Assembly (NCBI GenBank): GCA_965219705.1
Contig: OZ244789.1
Coordinates: 2,339,429 to 2,403,428, forward strand
From: Chloroflexota bacterium
GTDB taxonomy: Bacteria; Chloroflexota; UBA11872
DNA: 64,000 bases
Reading direction: 5' to 3'
Of the stretch, positions 27,129 through 35,938 are shown in pieces. The notes beneath the pieces are model-generated. The model was not told the origin of the DNA. It did not search any database and was given only the letters and a program-made list of their open reading frames with translations. The translations under genes were made by a program, and so were the position numbers. Position 1 is the first letter of the stretch. Each line of letters starts with the position of its first letter.

Positions 27129-27856
27129 GCGGCGGCTCCCGCGGGGGCGGTGCGCTCGTCGCCCGCAATCGCGCCGTCCACCATGCGGATGGTGCGTTGG
27201 GTGCGCTCGGCGACAGTGGCCTCGTGCGTGACGAGCAGCGTCGTGATGCCGTGCTCACCATTGAGATCGGCGAGCAGCTCCATGATCTCGTTGGCCGTGG
27301 ACGTGTCGAGATTGCCCGTCGGCTCGTCGGCCAAGAGCATGCTTGGGTTGCCGACGAGCGCGCGCGCAATGGCCACGCGCTGCTGCTGGCCGCCGGAGAG
27401 CTCCGACGGCTTGTGGTGCGTGCGGTCCGCCAGCCCGACGAGGGCCAGGGCCTCGCGCGCGCGCTGGCGCCGCTGCCGTTCACGGGCATAGAGCAACGGC
27501 ATCTCGACCTGCTCCAGCGCCGACATGCGCGCCAGCAAGTTGAACGATTGAAAGACGAAGCCGATCTTGCGGTTGCGGATGGTTGCCAGCTCGTCATCGC
27601 GCAGGTCCCCGACCAACTCCCCGTCGAGGAAATAGCTCCCCGCCGTGGGTGCATCCAGGCAGCCCAGCAGATTGAGCAGCGTCGACTTGCCGGAACCCGA
27701 GTGGCCCATGATGGCGACCATCTCGCCGGGCTGCACCTCGAAGGAGACGCCGCGCAGGGCATGCACCGCGATCGCGCCCATCTGATACGTCTTGGTGAGG
27801 TCCGCGACGCGCACGACGGGTGTGGGCTGGTGGTCCCGGGGCGCGTCAGCGCTCAT
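27125..27856 (-). CDS. ABC transporter ATP-binding protein, MacB/LolD type
   Basis: Walker [10 protein letters not shown], signature [15 protein letters not shown] and Walker [13 protein letters not shown]. The TGATG overlap couples it to the adaptor gene. Confidence 0.9.
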
Positions 27857-30800
27857 CAGCGGGTTCCCCCGCCGCCAAGGCCGCGGAAGCCCGGTCCAAA
27901 TCCACCGGGCCGGGCCTGGCCTGGCGTGAAGCCCTCCGGTAGCTCGGGAAGCTGGAATCCAGCCACCGCCGCACCGCTCATAACGACCGCGTCTCCCTCG
28001 GCGAGACCTTCGAGCACCTCGACAAACAGCTCGTCTTGCAGCCCGACCGTGATTGGTTGTCGTTGTAGGGCGCCGCCGGGGCCGAGCACCTGCACAAAGG
28101 ACCGGTCGCCAAGGGTTTGGACGGCCTGTCGCGGGATGACAAGCGTGCCGATCGACTGATTCAGCACAATCGAGACGTCGGCCGTCAGGCCGCTCAGCAG
28201 ACGCTGGTCTGGCGAGGTGAAACCGATCTCGACTGGGAACGTCACGAGGCCCTGCGAGGCTTCCCCCTGCTGGCCCCGGCTGATGACGGTGCCGCTGTAA
28301 GTGGCGCCGTCGAGTGACTCGAATTCCAGCGTGACCGGCTGGCCGATTCTGACCAGGCCCACGTCGGTCTCATCGACGTTGACGACTACCCGGATCGACG
28401 CCAGCTCGGCCAGTGTGAGAACGGTTGCCGGCGCCTCAAGGCCGGCGAGACCGTTCACTTCCAGGACGACGCCGGCAAATGGCGCCACGATCAGGACATC
28501 GGCCAGGTCCTCTTGCGCAGCTTCCAGACGCCGCTCGGCGTCCGACACCGCCAGCTCGAGTTCCTCAATATCCAGGGCGTCTGGCGAGGCGTGCACTGCC
28601 TCCAGCGCCAGGTCGGCCCTGCGAACCGTGTTCTGAGCCCGCAGAACGTCCAACTGGGACGCGCCCTCTTGCAGTTCGTCGAGGCGCGCCTGCGCGTCGG
28701 CGAGGGACAGCTCCGCCGCGCGCACGGCCTGTTCGGCGAGGCGGACGTCGATCTGGTCAGGTCCCGCCCGCAAGTCGTCAATGCGGATCCTGGCCGCTTC
28801 CAGCGACAGCTGCGCCGCTGTCAGCCCCGCTTGCTCGCGCAGCAGCTCGTTGGCGTCCGGGTCGGCGAGCAATTCCTGCAGCCGAGTCTCGGCCGCGGTG
28901 ACATTCTGTGAGGCCACCACGATGGCGCGGTCCTGCGAGGCGACATCGGCATTGGACGGTCCGGCGAGCAAGTCGTCCAGCTCTGTCTCAGCGTCCGCGA
29001 TGGCCTGCTGGGCCGACGCGGCTGCGGCCTCCTGGACGGCGATGTCGATGTCGCTGGGACCTGCGTTCAACTCGGCCAGGCGCTCTCTGGCGGTCGCCAG
29101 CGCCGCGCGCGCGGCCCGCACGGCGGCTTCCTGAACGGCGATGTCGGTGGCACTCGGACCTGCAGTCAGGTCGGCAAGCCGCTCGATGGCGGATGCGAGT
29201 GCCGCGCGTGCGGCCTGCACGGTGGCTTCCTGCGCCGCAATCTCAGTAGCCGTGGGCGCCTCGGTCAGGGTCCGCACGGACGCCTCAGCGTTGTCCAAGG
29301 CCGCACGCGCGGCGGTGACCCTGGCCCTGGCTGCTGCGAGGTCCGATTCGGTCGGCGCGCCCTGAAGGTCGTCCAGGCCGCGGCGGGCCGCGCCAAGCTG
29401 CCGCTCGGCGGCGGCGATGGCTTCGTTGAGGGTGGCGTAATCCGGTCCGGCGCGGGCCTCGCCGAGCTGTTGGGCGGCCGACGCAAGCCCGGCCTCAGCG
29501 GCCCGCACTTTGGCCGCGGCCGCTTCAATCTGCTGCTCGGTGGACCCGTCGTATCGGGCTTCCGTGTGCGCCTCGTGAGCCGAAAGAAGCGCGGCCCGAG
29601 CGGACTCGTAGGTCGATTCGGCGGCAGCGATAACTTGGAGCTGCTTGGTGGGCGCTTCTTCGGCCGCTCGTCTGGCGCTGTCGACGGCGGCTTGCGCGGT
29701 GGCGATCTGGTCGTAGGCGTCCTGCAACTGGGCTTCCGTCGGCCCATCGACGAGCGTGTCAAGCGACGACTGTGCTTGAAGCAGGTCCGCGCGCGCCGTC
29801 AGCACGGCGCTTTCGGCGTCGGCCAACTCCTCGAGCGTTGGACCGTCGCCCAGCGACGCCAGGGTCTCCTCGGCCTCGGCGAGATTGACGCGGGCGGTGT
29901 CCACGCTGCTGGCGGCCTCGTCGATTTCAGCCTGCGTGGCCCCAGCGCGCAGCGTCGCCAGGGTTTCCTGGGCCTCGGCGAGATTGACGCGGGCGGTGTC
30001 CACGCTGCTGACGGCCTCATCGATTTCAGCCTGCGTGGCTCCGGTGCGCAGGGTGGCCAGTTGATCCTCAGCCTCCGCGTGCGCCGCGCGCGCCGATTGC
30101 ACGCTCAACTCCGCGCGAGCCACGTCGTTCGTACCGGGGGATTCGAGCAGCGTCTGCAGGGCTTCCTCGGCGGTGGCCAGGTTTGATCGGGCGGATTCGA
30201 GCGCGCCTTCGGCGTCGGCGATTGCAGCGACCGTGGATCCGGCCCGCAGCTCTTGCAGCCCAAGCTCGGCACTGGCCAAGCTTGCCCGGGCCGCGGCGAT
30301 GGCGCTCTCGGCTTCGAGCAGATCAAGAGTGGAGGGTCCCGCCTCAAGGTCCTGTAGGTCCTTGACGGCGCGGTCACGCGCAATCTCTGCCGATACGACG
30401 GCCGCTTGAGCGGCGGCGACCGTTGCGGTGGCGGCGGGGGCAAGGAGGTCGTCGAGTGCTGCCCGCGCTTCCTGGACATCCAACCCGGCACGCTCGATGT
30501 CGGCCGGATCGGGCGGTTGCAGCAGCCGTTCGAGCTGCCACGCGGCCTGCTGCAAGTCTGATGCGGCGTCCTCCACGGCCCTCTCCAGATCGGTGACGGA
30601 AAGGTGGGCCAGCACGGTGCCGGCGGCAACCAGCTCACCCTCGTCGACATTCAGGGTCCGCAGAATGCCGGGTTGCCCAAACCCCAGCCCCACGATGTTG
30701 CCGTACTCGACATTGCCGATCGTGGCGAGCGAGCTCACGACGTCGCGGCGCTCGACCACGGCGGTGACGGGCGGTGGCGCTTCTTCGGTCTGAAACACCT

Positions 30801-30951
30801 CGGAGCGGATGATCAGAAAGGCCGCCGCGCCCCCTGCGGCGGCCAGGATGACCAATGCGAAGATGAGCCTTCGGAGATTCAAGACGTCCCAAAACCAGCC
30901 GACAGCGCGCCCTGGCCATCGAAGAATGCTTGACATGGTGGGCCCCAGCAT
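27856..30951 (-). CDS. giant HlyD/MacA-family periplasmic-adaptor-like protein (1031 aa) with an about 700-aa Ala-rich coiled-coil repeat region
   Basis: N-terminal TM ([20 protein letters not shown]). The lipoyl/beta-barrel halves sit at residues about 60-120 and about 819-1000 ([16 protein letters not shown]...[10 protein letters not shown]). Between them are about 33-aa repeats L..GP(S/T)..(E/D)I..A...V..A...L..A...L. An alternative ATG lies at 30936. Confidence 0.8.
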   Translation of the reverse strand: MLGPTMSSILRWPGRAVGWFWDVLNLRRLIFALVILAAAGGAAAFLIIRSEVFQTEEAPPPVTAVVERRDVVSSLATIGNVEYGNIVGLGFGQPGILRTLNVDEGELVAAGTVLAHLSVTDLERAVEDAASDLQQAAWQLERLLQPPDPADIERAGLDVQEARAALDDLLAPAATATVAAAQAAVVSAEIARDRAVKDLQDLEAGPSTLDLLEAESAIAAARASLASAELGLQELRAGSTVAAIADAEGALESARSNLATAEEALQTLLESPGTNDVARAELSVQSARAAHAEAEDQLATLRTGATQAEIDEAVSSVDTARVNLAEAQETLATLRAGATQAEIDEAASSVDTARVNLAEAEETLASLGDGPTLEELADAESAVLTARADLLQAQSSLDTLVDGPTEAQLQDAYDQIATAQAAVDSARRAAEEAPTKQLQVIAAAESTYESARAALLSAHEAHTEARYDGSTEQQIEAAAAKVRAAEAGLASAAQQLGEARAGPDYATLNEAIAAAERQLGAARRGLDDLQGAPTESDLAAARARVTAARAALDNAEASVRTLTEAPTATEIAAQEATVQAARAALASAIERLADLTAGPSATDIAVQEAAVRAARAALATARERLAELNAGPSDIDIAVQEAAAASAQQAIADAETELDDLLAGPSNADVASQDRAIVVASQNVTAAETRLQELLADPDANELLREQAGLTAAQLSLEAARIRIDDLRAGPDQIDVRLAEQAVRAAELSLADAQARLDELQEGASQLDVLRAQNTVRRADLALEAVHASPDALDIEELELAVSDAERRLEAAQEDLADVLIVAPFAGVVLEVNGLAGLEAPATVLTLAELASIRVVVNVDETDVGLVRIGQPVTLEFESLDGATYSGTVISRGQQGEASQGLVTFPVEIGFTSPDQRLLSGLTADVSIVLNQSIGTLVIPRQAVQTLGDRSFVQVLGPGGALQRQPITVGLQDELFVEVLEGLAEGDAVVMSGAAVAGFQLPELPEGFTPGQARPGGFGPGFRGLGGGGTR
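29855..30069. repeat. 99-bp near-perfect tandem DNA repeat (about 2.1 copies) inside the adaptor gene
   Basis: GGCCTCGGCGAGATTGACGCGGGCGGTGTCCACGCTGCTG.CGGCCTC.TCGATTTCAGCCTGCGTGGC occurs at 29872 and again at 29971. It encodes the duplicated 33-aa unit TLR(T/A)[10 protein letters not shown](V/A)[13 protein letters not shown](Q/E)ETLA. Confidence 0.85.
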
Positions 30952-31091
30952 TTTGGCCGCACGTGCACCACGGCCTCGGCGAATCTAAGCTTGACACTGT
31001 CGGTAGGTCGTCGACCGGCTATGCAGATTCCGTGGATTTCAGCCCGAAGCGCAAGCGCCGGGCTTATGACGGCCCGGTAGGAGGCGCATGC

Positions 31092-31970
31092 ATGGAACAA
31101 CGTCGGCTGGGCCGCACGGAACACATGAGCTCGGTGGTCACCTTCGGCGCGATCGCGGTTGGCCGTGGGGTGAATCAAGCGGACGCGAATGCCGCGATCG
31201 AACGTGTGCTGGATCGCGGCGTCAATCACATCGACGTGGCGCCGGGCTACGGCAACGCCATGGAACGCCTGGCGCCCTCGATGCCCGCCATTTGCGACCA
31301 GGTGTTCCTCGGCGCCAAGACCGGCGAGCGCACGTACGAAGCTGCTTGGGAGAGCATCCGCTCGTGCCAGCAGCGTATGGGGATCGAGGTTTTCGACCTC
31401 TTCCAGCTCCACGGCATCAGCACGTTCCAGGACTTGGACGCGGTGACGGGCGACGGCGGCGCGCTGCGTGCGCTCATCGAGATGCGCGATCGGGGACTCA
31501 CGCGCTTTGTCGGAATAACCGGACACGGACCCGACGCGCCGCGCGTCCACCTGGAAGCGCTGCGGCGGTTCGATTTCGACACGATCATGTTTCCGCTTTC
31601 GCCGGCGATCTATCGCAACGCCGCGTACCGTCGCGATGCCGAGGCGCTCTTGGCGGAAGCCGCGGCGCGTGACGTTGGCGTGCAGACCATCAAAATGCTG
31701 GCCCGCGGCGGCTGGGGCGACCGTGAGCGCGAAATCAACGTCTGGTACGACCCGCATCGCGAGCAGGCGGACATCGACCGCTCGCTCTGGTTCGTGCTGT
31801 CCCAGCCAGTGCACACTGCGCCCAGCACAGGCGATCTGCGCCTCCTGCCGCAGATTCTGGACGCCGCGGACCGTTTCCGCCTCCTCACGGCCACCGAGCA
31901 AGCCGAGGCCATCGCCGCGCAGCAGCCACCGACGCCGGAGCCAAGACTCGGCATCGAAGCCGCGGCTTAG
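31092..31970 (+). CDS. aldo/keto reductase
   Basis: MEQRRLGRTEHMSSVVTFGAIAVG...RGVNHIDVAPGYGNAMERL...FDLFQLHG...RFVGITGHG. GGAGG lies upstream of the ATG at 31092. Confidence 0.85.
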   Translation: MEQRRLGRTEHMSSVVTFGAIAVGRGVNQADANAAIERVLDRGVNHIDVAPGYGNAMERLAPSMPAICDQVFLGAKTGERTYEAAWESIRSCQQRMGIEVFDLFQLHGISTFQDLDAVTGDGGALRALIEMRDRGLTRFVGITGHGPDAPRVHLEALRRFDFDTIMFPLSPAIYRNAAYRRDAEALLAEAAARDVGVQTIKMLARGGWGDREREINVWYDPHREQADIDRSLWFVLSQPVHTAPSTGDLRLLPQILDAADRFRLLTATEQAEAIAAQQPPTPEPRLGIEAAA

Positions 31971-32893
31971 GTTCCCTGCGCCGGGGACGGTGCGGGCTCG
32001 GCTTCGCTGTCGTCGGTGGCGAACATGATCGCTTCGATAGCGGCCCGCAGACCCTCGCCGGTCGGTGGCGTGGGTGCTCCTTCGGGACGCGCGGCGGCCG
32101 CGGCATTGGTCTGCAAGGCTTCCACGATCGCGTCGATGGCGGCGTCCAGGTCCTGCCCGGCCATGAACAAGAGCGAGGCGAACGACTGGCCGCCGGCGCG
32201 TAGTTCGCGCACCTCGGCGCGATCGCGTCCGGTGCGCTCGGCGACGATGTCGATGACTACCTGAGCCAGTCCCCTGGCCTGGGCAGCGCCACCCGCCGGG
32301 CCGGGTTCCGCGCCGTCGATCAGCGCGTTAACAGCATTGCTGATTGCGGCCCGAGGGTTGAACCCGCTGCCGAAGCCGCCACCACCGCCGCCGCCAGCCC
32401 CGTCGCCGCCGGGCCGAGCACCGCCGACCTGGCCACGCCGCCCACCCGGAAAGCTGGACAGGATCTGGTCCACCGCATGTTCCACGACAGCTTCGCGGTC
32501 GGCGCCTGCCGCCTCCAGGATCTCGGCGAAGGTCAGTCCGGATTCCTGGAGCGCTTGCACCGCTTCCACTGGTTGCTCGGTGGCCTCGGCCACGGCTGCA
32601 ACCACGGCATCGACCAGCCCCGCGCCACCGAACCGGCCTGCGAAGAGCCCCGCACCGCCTGGACGAGCGCCGGGGGCGCCCGCTGCCGGTGCTTCTGGGG
32701 TGCTGGCTGGCTGAACTTCGGGAGCGGCCGCCGGGGAGGCGGCGCGCACGGTCTCTCGTGGCGTTGCCGCCGGCGTCGCAGGAGCCGCCGCTTGGGACGA
32801 CTCCCCAGCATCACCGCACGCGGCCACGATCAGGCCGGCGAGAGCAGCCGTGACCGCTATCGCGGCAAGCCTGAAGATCCATCCCGGACGCAT
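31967..32893 (-). CDS. hypothetical low-complexity lipoprotein (Ala/Gly/Pro-rich)
   Basis: Starts at MRPGWIFRLAAIAVTAALAGLIVAACG (lipobox-like LIVAAC). It has Gly runs and repeated helical AEIL/ASLL segments. I recognise no family. Confidence 0.5.
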   Translation of the reverse strand: MRPGWIFRLAAIAVTAALAGLIVAACGDAGESSQAAAPATPAATPRETVRAASPAAAPEVQPASTPEAPAAGAPGARPGGAGLFAGRFGGAGLVDAVVAAVAEATEQPVEAVQALQESGLTFAEILEAAGADREAVVEHAVDQILSSFPGGRRGQVGGARPGGDGAGGGGGGGFGSGFNPRAAISNAVNALIDGAEPGPAGGAAQARGLAQVVIDIVAERTGRDRAEVRELRAGGQSFASLLFMAGQDLDAAIDAIVEALQTNAAAAARPEGAPTPPTGEGLRAAIEAIMFATDDSEAEPAPSPAQGT

Positions 32894-33261
32894 TGCGTAC
32901 CCTATTCCGAGCATCTCGCCTGAGTCTCTGCATGCCGGGTTGAGATGCCGTCCACTCCATTTGCAGATTCGATGCAGACCGGCACTCTTGGACCCTGTTT
33001 CTCGTCGGCAAGGATTCGGTCTGGCGACATTCCCACGCTGCCGAGTCGGCGCTCCGTGGTCGCCAAGTCGCCAGCGGTGAAGAGATCGTCGCCTCGCTGA
33101 TCCCCGCGCCAGGTGCGGCGGCGGGCGCCACGCATCTACCGTGCCCAGGGCTAGTAGATGGCACGCTCGGCTGAGCACTCGGTGGTGGCCCCGACGGTCT
33201 GCCGGACCGGTGGGTCGGCAGACCGCCCGCGAAATGTGCGGTTGGACGCGGGGTGGACCAT

Positions 33262-33505
33262 CCGGAGGCCGACGCCGCCTTTGATCTCGTCCTAAGTCGC
33301 GGTGTCAATCACATTGACGTGGCGCCCTCGATGCCGGCCATTCGCGACCAGGTGTTCCTCGGCGCCAAGACCGGTGAACGCACCCACGAGGGCGCTTGGG
33401 GGAGCATCCGCTCCTGTCAGCGGCGTCTGGGAATCGAGGTGTTCGACCTCTTTCAACTCCACAACGTCAGCACATTCGAGGACTTGGACGCGCTCACGCG
33501 AGTGA
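33262..33505 (+). pseudogene. decayed internal fragment of an aldo/keto reductase paralogous to 31092..31970
   Basis: Fragment: AAFDLVLSRGVNHIDVAPSMPAIRDQVFLGAKTGERTHEGAWGSIRSCQRRLGIEVFDLFQLHNVSTFEDLDALT. Intact gene: AAIERVLDRGVNHIDVAPGYGNAMERLAPSMPAICDQVFLGAKTGERTYEAAWESIRSCQQRMGIEVFDLFQLHGISTFQDLDAVT. The fragment lacks both gene ends and carries a 33-nt in-frame deletion. Confidence 0.7.
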
Positions 33506-35032
33506 CGTGGGCGACCGCAGGGCCATGTAGGCCAGCGTGCCGATGACGATGTCGGCCGTAACCAGGGCGCTGATAAGCGCCGAGGGCCAGACCACGCGGC
33601 GCCCGAATCGCGGCCAGGGTCCCGAGAGCCGCGTCCAGGCGAGGACGACGACAAGCACCCACAGGTAGATGTTGAGAATCACCTCGCCGATCAATCCCCA
33701 GTACCGCAGGTCTCGCGGATACTGCCCGTCGATGAACCGCCCGCCCCAGGCTGTCCGCATAGCCAAATCATTCGCATAGGGTGTTGCCCCGCCATTGACC
33801 ACGGCGGCGCCCTCGGGGATCACGTCGCCGGGGGTCAGGCCGAGGAACACGTAGGGTGGCGCACTGCTCAGAAGGCCGACGGTCAGGGTGTAGCGCTTGC
33901 CGCCGCTATCGGGGATGGGTTCGAAGTGGAAGAAAACCTCCGCATTGCTGAAGCGGGCGCCGCGGACTTCCGCCCGGCTCTCGCGAATGGGTTTGTCCGA
34001 GCCTTCGGGCGTGAGCCGAGCGAAGATCTCGGCGGGCTTCTCCGCCGAGCCGGCGTCGGCATACGCCCAGACGTCGATACGCCTGAGATGGTCCTGGTTG
34101 GCTTGGAACGGCTGCTCGACGAGTGCGATGGGTCCGGCATAGGACCATGGGGCGCCGGCCTCAAACCCGTCGCCCTTGTTTACGCGGTGGCTCGCCAGCG
34201 GGAACGCGCTGACCACCATCAGTCCCGCCGATAGCGCGAGCGTGACCGCCAGACGGCGGCGGTTGCTCGTGGGCAGGCGGACGGCGCCGGGCCGCGCCGC
34301 CAACATCTCGACCAAGACGACGGCGAGGGATGCGGCCGCCATCAGCTCCGAGGCTTCCTCAAAAACCTCGTAGAAGGCGTACGGACCGGGAGGGAATCCG
34401 AGCCGGTCAACCAGAACCTCGTAGACCAGTAGCTCGTTGCCCCCAGCGTCAAGGAGCAACCCGATAAGCGTCAGCGCAAGCGCCAGCACCGTGAGCAGCG
34501 CCCGCGCCGGGTGCCCGCGCTGTGCGGCGAGCAGGACCCAACCCGCTGCCGCGGCCAGCGGGACAGCAAGCGGCGCCGCCACAAGCATCCAGCGAAACCG
34601 CTGATCGAGGTCCGCGAGCCCGAGGAGTGGCCTGACGATTGATCCGACGTCTACTTGCCGATGCAATTCCTCATACGCCACCAGCCCGATGAAGAAGGCC
34701 GCGCTCAGCCAGCCGAGCACCCAGAGCCATCGCGGGCCGTTGCGCGGGGGTGGTCGGCGGAGCGCCTGAGCCGCGGCCAGCGCGGCGACCACGCCAAAGA
34801 GGATCCCTGAATATCGGTCCATGCCCCGGCCCTCGTTGATGGCGTTCAGCTCCACGAGCCATCCGCCCGCCAGCCATCGCCAGCCAAGCGAGTCAACCAA
34901 CGCCAGGAGCACTGCAATGAGGTTTCCGGCCAGGAAAGCCGCCAGCAGCCACCCACGGACGCGCGGGCTGATCGTGAGACGGACTCCCAAGCCGCGCGTG
35001 AGGACCATCAGAGAGTTCGCCGGTTCCGTCAT
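33494..35032 (-). CDS. hypothetical polytopic membrane protein with a central extracytoplasmic domain
   Basis: About 8 hydrophobic helices in the N-terminal half, a soluble segment of about 170 aa, and 2-3 C-terminal TMs. I recognise no family motif. Confidence 0.55.
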   Translation of the reverse strand: MTEPANSLMVLTRGLGVRLTISPRVRGWLLAAFLAGNLIAVLLALVDSLGWRWLAGGWLVELNAINEGRGMDRYSGILFGVVAALAAAQALRRPPPRNGPRWLWVLGWLSAAFFIGLVAYEELHRQVDVGSIVRPLLGLADLDQRFRWMLVAAPLAVPLAAAAGWVLLAAQRGHPARALLTVLALALTLIGLLLDAGGNELLVYEVLVDRLGFPPGPYAFYEVFEEASELMAAASLAVVLVEMLAARPGAVRLPTSNRRRLAVTLALSAGLMVVSAFPLASHRVNKGDGFEAGAPWSYAGPIALVEQPFQANQDHLRRIDVWAYADAGSAEKPAEIFARLTPEGSDKPIRESRAEVRGARFSNAEVFFHFEPIPDSGGKRYTLTVGLLSSAPPYVFLGLTPGDVIPEGAAVVNGGATPYANDLAMRTAWGGRFIDGQYPRDLRYWGLIGEVILNIYLWVLVVVLAWTRLSGPWPRFGRRVVWPSALISALVTADIVIGTLAYMALRSPTSLA

Positions 35033-35216
35033 GGACGTGACGCAGCGAGCGGCTGCAACTCCACAGCTGCATGTGCGCGAGACCGCAAGTCCGCCGGCGG
35101 CCGCAACATCCCACCGTCGCAGGCGGCTGTCGGCGCGGCGGCGGAGCCGATGTGCCCCCCGTCAAGCATGAGCATCGCGCCCGTCTGGCTCGGTGCGTGC
35201 CCGCTGTCCCAAGGGG

Positions 35217-35555
35217 CTAACGGCGCGAACCGCCGAGCACGTGGTCGAAGAACCCATATGCAATCTCGCCGGTATCGGAAACGCTGATCTGCCGCACGGG
35301 AATGAAGCCTGCTTGCCGCCAGTAGTTTGGTTGCCATTCATTCTGCAGGCGGACGGCGAGTGTCCAGACCCCCGCCCCGAGCACCCGTGCTGACCCGGCG
35401 GTCGGCGCGAACGTGCCGTTCTCATTCCGCACCGCCAGGCTGGGCGCAAGGATATCGAGTCTATACGCGAGGCTCATAGTCCTCATGCTAGGTGCGACCT
35501 GACCGGGAAACCACGCCACGGACCCAAGCGTGGTCCCGCCGGGACCCATGGGCAT
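35217..35555 (-). CDS. hypothetical protein (possibly a remnant); the true start may be MRTMSLAY or MSLAY
   Basis: Non-repetitive, beta-rich looking sequence (LAVRNENGTFAPTAGSARVLGAGVWTLAVRLQNEWQPNYWRQAGFIPVRQISVSDTGEIAYGFF). The local composition is less GC-biased than a shadow ORF. No homology recognised. Confidence 0.3.
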   Translation of the reverse strand: MPMGPGGTTLGSVAWFPGQVAPSMRTMSLAYRLDILAPSLAVRNENGTFAPTAGSARVLGAGVWTLAVRLQNEWQPNYWRQAGFIPVRQISVSDTGEIAYGFFDHVLGGSRR

Positions 35556-35938
35556 TGGAATGGCCCGCGGCTAGTTGTTGCCCAGCACCACAACCTACTC
35601 CTGTCCCGTCCCCTCCTCCGGTGCGTGATTGTCGAAGGTGGCGGTGAAGGCGATACGTCCATTCGTGGCGGGCACGTCCGACACCTGCACGTTGACCGGC
35701 GGCGGCTTGGGACCCGGCGGCCGCGGCATGATCGGGGCGACGGCCCCGTCTGGCGCACAAACGGCGATCTCGTCGTTTCACCAGACGGGCTGACGCCCGG
35801 TGGGCGGCTGCTCCGCGGACCTAACGGCGAGCCTCTCGTAGCTGACGCCCGTCGTTAACCGGGTTGCGGCGGCACGCGCTTCGCGCCTACCGTGCCCAGG
35901 GCTGGCTCACCGGGCGGTCGAAGGGGTGCTGCGTGGGG

